From Nitrospirota bacterium (lineage in GTDB: Bacteria; Nitrospirota; JACRHJ01), in assembly GCA_016212105.1 (NCBI GenBank), contig JACRHJ010000046.1, positions 30,136 through 94,135 on the forward strand: a DNA stretch of 64,000 nucleotides, written 5' to 3'. This document shows, one piece after another, positions 19,576 through 27,903 of the stretch (position 1 is its first letter; each line of letters starts with the position of its first letter). The translations under genes were made by a program, and so were the position numbers. The notes below the pieces were generated by a model. The model was not told the DNA's origin, did not search any database, and saw only the letters and a list, made by a program, of their open reading frames with translations.

Positions 19576-21831
19576 ATGGAGCCCCTGAAGGTGCTTCTTG
19601 TCGACGACGACCCCGACCTCGGCAGGATGATGAAGCTTCTGCTGTCCAGGGAGGCCCCCCATTGTTCGTTCCACTTCGCGGAAGGCGGGCGTGAATGCCT
19701 TGAGTACCTGAGAGACAACGAGGCCGACTGCATCCTGTCGGACTACCAGATGCCGGGCATGGACGGCATGCAGCTCATGCTCACCCTCAAGGAACAGGGG
19801 AGCGGTGTGCCATTCATATTCCTTACGGCGCAGGGTAACGAGGAGGTCGCACGGGACGCGCTCAAGAGCGGGGCCAGCGACTACTTCACGAAGGAGGCCG
19901 GCCTTGCGCATTTCGCGAGGATCGTCAACTCTGTCGAACAGGCGGTCAGCAAGAGGCAGGCGGAGTTGGCGAAAATGCGGGCCGACAGGGACTGGGAGGA
20001 GACGTTCGACGCGATAGACGACCTCATAACGCTCCAGAGGACGGACTATACCATCGAACGCGGCAACAGGGCCGCCTGCAAGGCGCTGGCGACGGACTGC
20101 GAGGGCATTGTCGGCAAAAAGTGCTACGAGCTATACCACGGAACGTCCGGGCCGATACCGGAATGCCCCGCGGCCGAGCTGCTGGAGGGGAGTTCCGCCG
20201 TCGTGACGCATGAGGTCGGCCTGGGCGACAGGGTCTTCGAGGTCAAAGTGTGTCCCGTGACGGACGACGGCTCCTTCGACAGGTTCGTGCACATAGCGAA
20301 GGACATCACCGCGAGGAAGAAGGCCGAGGACTCCCTCCTGCACGAGAAGAAGAAGCTCGAGGCGATACTCGCGAATATCGGGGACGGCATCAGCATCGTG
20401 GACAGGGATTTCACGGTCGTATACCAGAACAGGGCGCATGTGGAGATAGTAGGCCCTCACATCGGCGAGTTCTGCTACCAGGCCTACGAACACAAGGACG
20501 GGGTATGCGAGGGGTGCCCCGTCTCCGAGTCCTTCATGGACGGCGGGATACACTCCGTCAGGCGGTCTCCGACTACGGACAAGGGCCTTAAACACGTGGA
20601 CATCACGTCGTCGCCGCTCGTGGACACCGACGGCAACATCGTCGCGGGCATAGAGGTGGTGAAGGACGTTACGGCGAAGAAGCTCGCCGAGGACGCGCTG
20701 AAGGAGAGCGAGGAAAGGTTCCGCACCCTGTTCGAGTCGGCCGGAGACGCCATATTCATGATGGACAGGAACACGTTTCTCGACTGCAACCAGAAGGCTG
20801 TCGAGATGTTCGGGTGCAGGGATAAAAGCGAGATAGTCGGCCATTCCCCGGTGGAGTTCTCGCCCGACAAGCAGCCCGACGGCCGCCCGTCACTAAACAT
20901 GGCGCTGGAATACATTTCCGCGGCCCTGAGGAACATGCCCCAGAGGTTCTACTGGAAGCACACACGCAAGGACGGCGGGACGTTTGACGCCGAGGTGTCG
21001 CTGAACGCCTTCAGCTCCAAGTGGAGGGTCTACCTGCTCGCTATTGTCAGGGACGTGACCGCGAGAAAGCTCGCAGAGGACGCGCTTCGGCGCGAGAAGG
21101 ACTTCACAGAAACCGTCCTCAACAGCATTCCCGGGGTATTCTATGTCGTGGACGACCAGGCGCGCCTTGTAAGGTGGAACAAAAGGTATGCCGAGAACAT
21201 CGGCATGAAACCCGATGAGCTGCGGTCCTTGAACGTCCTGGACACCGTCGCGGAAGAAAACCGTGAACTTGCCTCATCTAAGATAAAAGAAGTGATGTCT
21301 GACCGCAAGGACGTCACCGCCGAACTGAACGTACTGGAAAAAGGTGAGAAAAAGGTTCCGTACCTCTGCACCGGCTCCCCGCTGGTAGCCGACGGCAGGA
21401 CATACCTCGTCGGTATGGGTATAGACATAACCGAAAGGAAGCTCGCGGAGGAGGCGGTCGCCAACTCTAACAGGGCGCTCACCACCCTGCTCGACAGCGT
21501 CAACTTCGGGATGATGGTGGTCGGCCGCGACCGGGTTATCAGGATGGCGAACAGGGCGGCCCTGGCGCTCATGGGATATAACGACGAGTCGGAGGTGGTA
21601 GGCAGGACATGCCACAACTTCATCTGTCCCGCCGAGGCGGGAAAATGCCCGGTCATAGACCTCGGCATGTGCCTGGACCTGTCGGAGAGGGTCCTGTTGA
21701 GCAGGGACGGGGAGAGGATAAGCATACTGAAGTCCGTGAGCCCGGCCATCATCGGAGGCGAGGACGTGCTCATCGAGACCTTCGTGGATATCTCGGGCAA
21801 AAATAAGCACAAACCGGCCCCGGAATGTTGA
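19576..21831 (+). CDS. Response regulator receiver plus five PAS domains, no output domain
   Basis: RBS GAGGTG; REC (LVDDD, SDYQMP, DYFTK); PAS units ending DITARKKAE, DVTAKKLAE, DVTARKLAE, DITERKLAE, VDIS. Confidence 0.85.
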   Translation: MEPLKVLLVDDDPDLGRMMKLLLSREAPHCSFHFAEGGRECLEYLRDNEADCILSDYQMPGMDGMQLMLTLKEQGSGVPFIFLTAQGNEEVARDALKSGASDYFTKEAGLAHFARIVNSVEQAVSKRQAELAKMRADRDWEETFDAIDDLITLQRTDYTIERGNRAACKALATDCEGIVGKKCYELYHGTSGPIPECPAAELLEGSSAVVTHEVGLGDRVFEVKVCPVTDDGSFDRFVHIAKDITARKKAEDSLLHEKKKLEAILANIGDGISIVDRDFTVVYQNRAHVEIVGPHIGEFCYQAYEHKDGVCEGCPVSESFMDGGIHSVRRSPTTDKGLKHVDITSSPLVDTDGNIVAGIEVVKDVTAKKLAEDALKESEERFRTLFESAGDAIFMMDRNTFLDCNQKAVEMFGCRDKSEIVGHSPVEFSPDKQPDGRPSLNMALEYISAALRNMPQRFYWKHTRKDGGTFDAEVSLNAFSSKWRVYLLAIVRDVTARKLAEDALRREKDFTETVLNSIPGVFYVVDDQARLVRWNKRYAENIGMKPDELRSLNVLDTVAEENRELASSKIKEVMSDRKDVTAELNVLEKGEKKVPYLCTGSPLVADGRTYLVGMGIDITERKLAEEAVANSNRALTTLLDSVNFGMMVVGRDRVIRMANRAALALMGYNDESEVVGRTCHNFICPAEAGKCPVIDLGMCLDLSERVLLSRDGERISILKSVSPAIIGGEDVLIETFVDISGKNKHKPAPEC

Positions 21832-21856
21832 CAAGGACTGCCGGGCGGGGTAATAT
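21828..21856 (+). promoter_or_regulatory. Putative sigma70 promoter for the usp gene
   Basis: TTGACA-17 nt-TAATAT, overlapping the upstream stop codon. Confidence 0.5.
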
Positions 21857-21900
21857 TTAATTAAGAAGCGCACACCATCCCCCAAAGGAGCGACCCGCAC

Positions 21901-22338
21901 ATGAAGATCACGAACATCCTTCACCCGACCGACTTTTCCGATGGTTCCAAGGCCGCCATGGAGTACGTGAAGTCCCTGGCGAAACAGTATGGAGCGAAGG
22001 TCACGCTCATGCACGTGGTGAACGAGTTCTCCAAGACCCACGGCTGGTACGTCCCGCACATCTCGCTGACCGAGCTGTACAAGGACATCGAGGAATCCGC
22101 CAAGAAGCAGATAGAGAAGTGCTGTTACGAGGAACTGAGGGACTTCGGTGACGTGAAGAAGGTGGTCGTCAAGGGCGTCCCGGACGAGGAGATAGTCAAG
22201 TACGCGGGAGACAACGGCGTGGACCTTATCGTGATGGGCACGTTCAGCAAGAGCGGCATGGACTACGTCTTCGGCTCGACCACGGAAAAGGTGCTCCGGA
22301 AGGCGAGCTGCCCGGTCTTCTGCGTGAAGGTGCCGTAA
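21901..22338 (+). CDS. Universal stress protein
   Basis: ILHPTDFS, DLIVMGT, FGSTTEKVLRKASCPV. Confidence 0.92.
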   Translation: MKITNILHPTDFSDGSKAAMEYVKSLAKQYGAKVTLMHVVNEFSKTHGWYVPHISLTELYKDIEESAKKQIEKCCYEELRDFGDVKKVVVKGVPDEEIVKYAGDNGVDLIVMGTFSKSGMDYVFGSTTEKVLRKASCPVFCVKVP

Positions 22339-22381
22339 GGGCCGGATGGCGTCGTAACTGGCAACAAGGTCAGGAGGGTAT

Positions 22382-22681
22382 ATGAAGAAGGACACCGAGG
22401 AAAAGCTCGAAAGACAGCCCTTTGACATAAGACAGAAGCTGACGGAGATGAAGGACGTGAGCGCCGGGATACGGGAGGCCGTCAAGGAGGCCAGGCCGGC
22501 CGAGGAGCGGTTGGCCGAGGCGAGGCTGAAGGTCAGCATGAAGGAGCACATCGGGAACCGGCTGAAATCCGGCTACCAGACGTTCTCCCTCAAGCTGAAG
22601 AAGACCCACAGCCTGGGCGACTTCTACGGCAGGTTCCACCCCTCCAAGAGCAGGAAGGGAATAAAGAGGAGCGAGGGGTAG
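22382..22681 (+). CDS. Hypothetical basic protein
   Basis: RBS AGGAGG, host-like codon usage, followed by a hairpin and T run; no recognisable motif. Confidence 0.6.
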   Translation: MKKDTEEKLERQPFDIRQKLTEMKDVSAGIREAVKEARPAEERLAEARLKVSMKEHIGNRLKSGYQTFSLKLKKTHSLGDFYGRFHPSKSRKGIKRSEG

Positions 22682-22761
22682 GGGGCTACTCCCGTTAGAC
22701 AACCTATAAACGAAAATACAGGGCCCGCCGGAAAAACCGGGGGCCTTTTTCTATTTTTGTC

Positions 22762-22790
22762 TTGACTTTTCGCCGCCGTTATTCTATATT
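22762..22790 (+). promoter_or_regulatory. Sigma70 promoter for tRNA-Glu
   Basis: TTGACT-17 nt-TATATT. Confidence 0.6.
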
Positions 22791-22806
22791 TTGCACTCCT
22801 GTGGAC

Positions 22807-22882
22807 GGTCCCTTCGTCTAGCGGTCTAGGACGTTGGCCTCTCACGCCGAAAACACGGGTTCGAGTCCCGTAGGGATCACCA
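22807..22882 (+). tRNA. tRNA-Glu(CTC)
   Basis: Acceptor GGTCCCT/AGGGATC, anticodon loop CT-CTC-AC, TTCGAGT T-loop, encoded CCA. Confidence 0.95.
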
Positions 22883-22887
22883 AAACC

Positions 22888-23010
22888 GGCCCAGGATTCA
22901 GGCAGTACCGACGCGCAAAGTGCAGCGATGCGCCGCGCGGGTTAATAGCAGCACAGGCATTACGTGGTTACCTCCGAGTAAGACGTGGGCTGTGCTGGTA
23001 TTAATGTAAT
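22888..23010 (+). ncRNA. Candidate structured non-coding RNA downstream of tRNA-Glu
   Basis: Stem CGCGC/GCGCG enclosing GTGCA-GCGA-TGCGC, then long hairpin TTAATAGCAGCACAG/CTGTGCTGGTATTAA with inner ACGT..TTAC/GTAA..ACGT; lies before the terminator. Confidence 0.45.
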
Positions 23011-23012
23011 TC

Positions 23013-23046
23013 AGAGCCCATCTCCGAAAACGGGGGTGGGCTTTTT
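23013..23046 (+). terminator. Rho-independent terminator
   Basis: GAGCCCATCTCC-gaaaac-GGGGGTGGGCT-TTTT. Confidence 0.7.
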
Positions 23047-23087
23047 GGTTTTGTGGGCGTTCCTGCGTTTACACAGTGGAGGGATGT

Positions 23088-23471
23088 ATGACGAAAAGAC
23101 CGCTGGCCGTGACTATTATCTCGTGGTTCCTTATAGTCGGCGGTGTGATAAGTGTTTTTTCAATAAGTTTCAGCCTCAATAACCCGATTGCAAGAGACAT
23201 GATGAGCAAGAGCCTTCTTCCGCTACCTGTCCAGGTGGCGATGGTATATGTTGGCGTGGTCATAGGCATCACATCCGGCGTAGCAATGCTCAAGTGCAGG
23301 AAATGGGGGCGTACCCTGTATGTATCCTGGAGTGCTTTAGGGTTCTTGGTAAGCCTTGTCACATCTCCGTTAAGGTTGATGCTTATACCATCAATACTCG
23401 TCTTCGGTATCATGGTGTACTTTCTTTTCAGGCCGGACGCGAACGAGTATTTTAATGCAGGCGTTAAATAG
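23088..23471 (+). CDS. Hypothetical 4-TM membrane protein
   Basis: RBS GGAGGG; KRPLAVTIISW..KWGRTLY..YFLFRPDANEYF; hydrophobic segments. Confidence 0.75.
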   Translation: MTKRPLAVTIISWFLIVGGVISVFSISFSLNNPIARDMMSKSLLPLPVQVAMVYVGVVIGITSGVAMLKCRKWGRTLYVSWSALGFLVSLVTSPLRLMLIPSILVFGIMVYFLFRPDANEYFNAGVK

Positions 23472-23480
23472 GGAGACAGA

Positions 23481-23915
23481 ATGGTGCGCAGGGTTATCAG
23501 CATATTACTGTATATCATAGCTGGATATTTTGTGCTCATGATGACTGCAATGGCGTTTATTGATATTCCGTACAAGGCGGTATTTCTGTCGGTTGTATTT
23601 GCAATCGCTCTTATATTTCTGGCTGCTGGTGGTGCGGTCAACAGGTTCAGGCGCTGGAAGACCGCATTTGGAGCCGTACTGCTGTCGGTAGGCGGTTTCA
23701 GTGCGTTTGGAGCGTTGACGATGGCAAGCATATTACTTGACGATGAGTTACTCGCAATGATGCCTAAGCCGGATACGGCATTGTCGTTCGATTATATAAC
23801 TGGTTTTTCTATTCTGACTATGCAGATTTGCGCAGGCATACTTCTTATTAAACTCGAAAATCAACCTGCTGCGGACGCTCCGCAAGGTGGTGCGACTGTA
23901 GAGGCGGAGAAATAG
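23481..23915 (+). CDS. Hypothetical membrane protein
   Basis: RBS GGGAG, about four hydrophobic segments. Confidence 0.7.
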   Translation: MVRRVISILLYIIAGYFVLMMTAMAFIDIPYKAVFLSVVFAIALIFLAAGGAVNRFRRWKTAFGAVLLSVGGFSAFGALTMASILLDDELLAMMPKPDTALSFDYITGFSILTMQICAGILLIKLENQPAADAPQGGATVEAEK

Positions 23916-23916
23916 G

Positions 23917-24543
23917 ATGGGCTACCTCGAAAGGGCTGTACGAAGGATTGACGAGATGCCCGAGTTCCTGATGCTGGTGATAAACATCGGGATCGCGTGC
24001 TTCATAATCCTCGCGCACGGAGGCTGGCTTGCGGCCACGATGATGCAGAAAAACTGGAGCATGACCGATATACTGCCGGTCGCGCTCGGCAGCCTGCCGG
24101 TCGCGCTACTCATCGTTATCTCCGCGGCCGTCGCACTCGCGCGGGAGAAATACCGCGAGAAGGCGCTCGCGTTTCATGCAATCGTCCTGTCCCTGGGTGC
24201 CGCAGGACTGCTGGGCTGGGCCATTTACATGATTATAGCAGGTACGCCGGAAGGCAACTTCAGTTGGGGCGGAGGCATGCTCCCGTTATTTTGCACATAT
24301 CCAGTCTACATGCTCAGGCGCACCGTACTGAAGCAAAGGATTTACAGCTCCTCGTTCATCAAGTACATGCACATTTGGGTACTTGCGATTTCTATATTTG
24401 CCGACCTCGGAGTGCTCGGGCGGTTCATGTACGACATGCCGGCACGCATGGAAAGATTTCGCCAGGAAGCCATACAGAACGCGAGCCATGGCCACGAGGG
24501 CGCATGCCCGAGCCCGGCAAATGTGCCCGGCACGTCCAAATAA
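23917..24543 (+). CDS. Hypothetical membrane protein
   Basis: About five hydrophobic segments, 1 nt after the previous stop. Confidence 0.7.
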   Translation: MGYLERAVRRIDEMPEFLMLVINIGIACFIILAHGGWLAATMMQKNWSMTDILPVALGSLPVALLIVISAAVALAREKYREKALAFHAIVLSLGAAGLLGWAIYMIIAGTPEGNFSWGGGMLPLFCTYPVYMLRRTVLKQRIYSSSFIKYMHIWVLAISIFADLGVLGRFMYDMPARMERFRQEAIQNASHGHEGACPSPANVPGTSK

Positions 24544-24594
24544 CCTTCGTATCGTCGCAGCCTAATATTTCCTGCCTGAGCGTGTGTTATTTTC

Positions 24595-24623
24595 TTGACA
24601 AAACGCCCCGAAAACCTTAGAAT
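24595..24623 (+). promoter_or_regulatory. Sigma70 promoter for tRNA-Val
   Basis: TTGACA-17 nt-TAGAAT. Confidence 0.75.
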
Positions 24624-24640
24624 TACAACCTGCAAATCGA

Positions 24641-24715
<75 letters not shown>

Positions 24716-24723
24716 CGCAAACG

Positions 24724-24752
24724 AAGGGGAAGCCAAAAGGCTTCCCCTTTTG
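24724..24752 (+). terminator. Rho-independent terminator
   Basis: AAGGGGAAGCC-aaaa-GGCTTCCCCTT-TT. Confidence 0.75.
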
Positions 24753-24809
24753 TTGTTAATTTGGCCGATAATCTCCGTCACCCTCTTACCACATCCCAAT
24801 AAGACCAAA

Positions 24810-24985
24810 GAAGGGCCGACACGCGCTTAGCTTGGTACGGCCCCTACCTGTATGCACGGTGGGCGCAGCCCACCCTACAACTTCTTCCCCCTCCCCACCC
24901 GCGGGGGAGGGGGGCAGGGGGGCTGGGGGCGTCTCTACCTTATTCTCCCCCTCTCCTTTCGGGAGAGGGGGCCGGGGGTGAGGGA
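24810..24985. repeat. REP-like palindrome cluster
   Basis: GGGCCGACACGCGCTTAGCTTGGTACGGCCCCTAC is nearly the reverse complement of 4557-4590; CCCCTCTCC..GGGAGAGGGG..GGGGTGAGGG family also present. Confidence 0.7.
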
Positions 24986-25027
24986 GCCCCCACTTGCCAT
25001 CCTGAAATTTTATGGCATACTTGTTTC

Positions 25028-25246
25028 ATGTGCTTCGACAAACTCATAGAGCGCCTCGACAGGTTCGAGGCCGACCCGGGACTCATCCACACAAAGGACG
25101 GGGCCGTAGAGCTGCTGTGCGCCGACTGCGACTTCTACAAGGACAGCGACAAGGACCTCGAATGCGGCGCGTTCAAGCTGCTGCGGCTCCTGCTCGACAA
25201 GAAGGCGCTCACGCTGAAGCAGATATCCGATGCGGTCAGGCAGTAG
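25028..25246 (+). CDS. Small Cys-containing hypothetical protein (CxxC-x11-C)
   Basis: 72 aa, host-like codons, CADCDFYKDSDKDLECGAF; overlaps the start of the radical SAM gene. Confidence 0.65.
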   Translation: MCFDKLIERLDRFEADPGLIHTKDGAVELLCADCDFYKDSDKDLECGAFKLLRLLLDKKALTLKQISDAVRQ

Positions 25247-26489
25247 GTACATAGCCCTGTCCGACGGCTGCGTACTCAGGCGGCTTGAGACCCCGTGCGT
25301 CTACGACAGGCGCACCGATGAGCTGTACGAGCTTGGCGACGAGGCGGCGGAGTTCCTCCGGCTGTGCGACGGGACGAGGACCCTGCGGGAGCTTGGCTGC
25401 GAGCCGGGGGGCGGGTTCGAAGAAGACGCCGACCTGCTCGACTACTGCTTCGCCGAGGGGATCCTCACCGCGTCCGACAGGCCCTCGCCCAGAATCTTCC
25501 GCGACGGCAAGTCCCCGCCGGTATCGCTCCGGTACCTCGAATTCCAGATAACCAGCCGCTGCAACCTGCGCTGCCGCCACTGCTACATAGACCTTGTCGG
25601 CCGCCGGGAGATGGAGGCGCTCGACGTATTCCGTGTTATGGACGAGTTCGACGGGATGCAGGGCCTCAGGCTGCTGATAAGCGGCGGTGAGCCGCTTACG
25701 CACACAGATTTCTGGGCGATCAACGCACGGCTGCCTGAGTACGGTTTCAGGTCCGTCCTGATGACGAACGGGACGCTCGTCGACGCCGAGGCCGCCGAAC
25801 GCCTGAACGTCCAGGAGGCCCAGGTGAGCCTCGACGGCATGCGCGTCGCCCATGACATCATCAGGGGGACCGGCGCGTTCGACAAGGCCGTGGCCGGCAT
25901 CGAACGGCTGCTTGTGGCCGGGAAGAAGGTCTCGGTGGCGACGATGGTAACCGCCATCAACAGGAACGATTTCGACGACATGGCGAGGCTCATGGAATCG
26001 CTCGGCGTGCACGAATGGAACGTGGACGCCCCTTCGCTCACCGGGCGGTTCAGGAACAACCCCGGCCTGCTGCTCCATCCCGAGCTGTCCGCGAGGTACA
26101 TGGAGTACGGCTTCGGAGGCGGGTTGCACGAAGGGCGCGAGGGATACACATGCGGCGCGCACCTCTGCGCGGCCGGGCCGGGCGGGCAGGTCGCCAAATG
26201 CGGATTTTACCTCGACAGCCCGTCGGGTCACATATCGGAAGGGCTTGCCCGGTGCTGGGCCAGGATGGCGCCGGAACCGGTCGGCAAGCTCGACTGCGAC
26301 TGCGTCCATATCGAGAAATGCAGGGGCGGGTGCAGGTTCCGCGCCTCGACATATTCGGGAGAGTTTGGTCCGGACCCGGTGAAGTGCGCCGGTTTCGGTG
26401 TCAGGCCATGCATGGACAGGTTCAACGGGGAAGGAGGTGGCAGGCATGACTATTACAAAGGTAGCGAAGGTATCGGCGAGCGTCTGTAA
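25230..26489 (+). CDS. Radical SAM/SPASM peptide maturase with N-terminal PqqD/RRE-like domain
   Basis: N-terminal ELYELGDEAAEFLRLCDGTRTLREL; CNLRCRHC; SGGEPL; SPASM-type Cys CGA..KCGF..CDC..KCRGGCR..DPVKC. Confidence 0.85.
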   Translation: MRSGSRYIALSDGCVLRRLETPCVYDRRTDELYELGDEAAEFLRLCDGTRTLRELGCEPGGGFEEDADLLDYCFAEGILTASDRPSPRIFRDGKSPPVSLRYLEFQITSRCNLRCRHCYIDLVGRREMEALDVFRVMDEFDGMQGLRLLISGGEPLTHTDFWAINARLPEYGFRSVLMTNGTLVDAEAAERLNVQEAQVSLDGMRVAHDIIRGTGAFDKAVAGIERLLVAGKKVSVATMVTAINRNDFDDMARLMESLGVHEWNVDAPSLTGRFRNNPGLLLHPELSARYMEYGFGGGLHEGREGYTCGAHLCAAGPGGQVAKCGFYLDSPSGHISEGLARCWARMAPEPVGKLDCDCVHIEKCRGGCRFRASTYSGEFGPDPVKCAGFGVRPCMDRFNGEGGGRHDYYKGSEGIGERL

Positions 26490-26508
26490 GTGCAAGAGTT
26501 CGTGTTAG
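26446..26508 (+). CDS. Putative 20-aa RiPP precursor MTITKVAKVSASVCKCKSSC
   Basis: Strong RBS AAGGAGGTG (26431-26439), ATG 26446, TAG 26506-26508, directly followed by a terminator. Confidence 0.7.
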   Translation: MTITKVAKVSASVCKCKSSC

Positions 26509-26517
26509 CCTTGTCGT

Positions 26518-26543
26518 GGCCCGGCCCTATGGCCGGGCCTTTT
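26518..26543 (+). terminator. Rho-independent terminator
   Basis: GGCCCGGCC-ctat-GGCCGGGCC-TTTT. Confidence 0.75.
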
Positions 26544-26581
26544 CAGTATAACCGCCATTTGTATTTCTGATGGATGAACTT

Positions 26582-26646
26582 CCTGGACCCCGTGTCAGGC
26601 ACGGGGCGACAAATAGAGCGTCATTCCCGCGAAAGCGGGAATCCAG
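26582..26646. repeat. Composite REP-like element (same two-part arrangement as 12393-12460)
   Basis: CCTGGACCCCGTGTCAGGCACGGGGCGAC followed by GTCATTCCCGCGAAAGCGGGAATCCAG. Confidence 0.75.
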
Positions 26647-26707
26647 GAATTAGATTTCGCATTATGCTGAATCGCTCCATAAAGTTGTCTTCCCGCAAGA
26701 AAAAGGG

Positions 26708-26736
26708 TTGACATTTCAACGCCCGTGTAGTATAAA
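26708..26736 (+). promoter_or_regulatory. Sigma70 promoter for the tRNA operon
   Basis: TTGACA-17 nt-TATAAA. Confidence 0.75.
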
Positions 26737-26749
26737 CTTAGCTTCTGAG

Positions 26750-26826
<77 letters not shown>

Positions 26827-26911
26827 ATGTGGGCGACGAGGATGGCAAGGGGGGATGGACGGGAGGTTGCCGTCCAAGAGAGTTTCACCCTTGTTTCCGT
26901 CCTCTTGATGG

Positions 26912-26988
26912 GCGCCCGTAGCTCAGGCGGATAGAGCAACAGCCTTCTAAGCTGTGGGCCGCAGGTTCGAGTCCTGCCGGGCGCACCA
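26912..26988 (+). tRNA. tRNA-Arg(TCT)
   Basis: GCGCCCG/CGGGCGC, ACAGC-CTTCTAA-GCTGT, CCA. Confidence 0.95.
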
Positions 26989-27064
26989 GACTGGCCGGCG
27001 GCATGCAGGACCGGAAAGCGGTGCAAAATCCCCTGGCGCGGAAACGGGCAAGGTCAGCCGGTGT

Positions 27065-27140
27065 GGTGAGTGTAGCACAATGGTAGTGCACCAGATTGTG
27101 GATCTGGGCGTTGTGGGTTCGAGCCCCATCACTCACCCCA
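27065..27140 (+). tRNA. tRNA-His(GTG), including G-1
   Basis: G-GTGAGTG/CACTCAC-C, CCAGA-TTGTGGA-TCTGG, CCA. Confidence 0.95.
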
Positions 27141-27195
27141 ACTCTTCCGGGCACGAGCTTTGGCGGGAAGCCGTTGTTGTGGCGGGACTTCACAT

Positions 27196-27272
27196 GCGCC
27201 CGTAGCTCAGTTGGATAGAGCGTCGGACTTCGAATCCGCAGGTCGCAGGTTCGAGCCCTGCCGGGCGCACCA
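27196..27272 (+). tRNA. tRNA-Arg(TCG)
   Basis: GCGCCCG/CGGGCGC, CGGA-CTTCGAA-TCCG, CCA. Confidence 0.92.
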
Positions 27273-27354
27273 TAAGGGGCCCGGGCGGGCAGTCCGGAAG
27301 CCGGGCGGTACTTGGGCTCCGGTTGCGAGAGAATACCCGTACCGCGGGTGATAC

Positions 27355-27431
27355 GCGCCTGTAGCTCAGTTGGATAGAGCAACGGATTCCGGTTCCGTGT
27401 GTCGGGAGTTCGAGTCTCTCCAGGCGCGCCA
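27355..27431 (+). tRNA. tRNA-Arg(CCG)
   Basis: GCGCCTG/CAGGCGC, ACGGA-TTCCGGT-TCCGT, CCA. Confidence 0.95.
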
Positions 27432-27448
27432 GATTTTGCTTTTTAGTT

Positions 27449-27475
27449 GTCATTCCCGCGAAAGCGGGAATCCAG
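27449..27475. repeat. dRS3-like palindrome inside the tRNA operon
   Basis: GTCATTCCCGCGAAAGCGGGAATCCAG, identical to 12434 and 26620. Confidence 0.75.
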
Positions 27476-27498
27476 GGTTTATACAATATTTGAAGTTT

Positions 27499-27574
<76 letters not shown>

Positions 27575-27582
27575 AACTTATC

Positions 27583-27620
27583 AAGGGGTTAGGCGTTATC
27601 GCCTAACCCCTTTGTTGTTT
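27583..27620 (+). terminator. Rho-independent terminator of the tRNA operon
   Basis: AAGGGGTTAGGCG-ttat-CGCCTAACCCCTT-TGTTGTTT. Confidence 0.8.
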
Positions 27621-27804
27621 CCGGTTGTTAATATAACCGAGTGCGGCCCTCAGTAATGAAAATGGCAGTTCACGGCTTACAAATTCCGCTAATTGCGCGT
27701 AAACGAGCAACGAGAAGAGCGTTATCGCTATGCATGTCGTACGATTCCATCATTAATTAGCTCCAATATCCTGTACTATATCGATTATCGTTTTATCGTT
27801 CTAC

Positions 27805-27820
27805 GGGCACAAAACTTGCA
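27805..27820 (+). promoter_or_regulatory. Putative sigma54 (-24/-12) promoter of the multiheme cytochrome genes
   Basis: GGGCACAAAACTTGCA = GG-N10-GC with GGCAC and TTGCA consensus halves, in an AT-rich region. Confidence 0.65.
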
Positions 27821-27903
27821 TTAATTATTAAAGACTATTCATGAGTGTTTTTACTCATAAGATTGATATTGTTGCAGGCGCGTCAACAATAAATGAGGAT
27901 AAC

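Noticed and set aside
26506-26520. Stop-codon readthrough (Sec/Pyl) extending the 20-aa peptide
   Set aside because: The stop is TAG, the following hairpin has a U-tract typical of a terminator, and no recoding machinery is visible.
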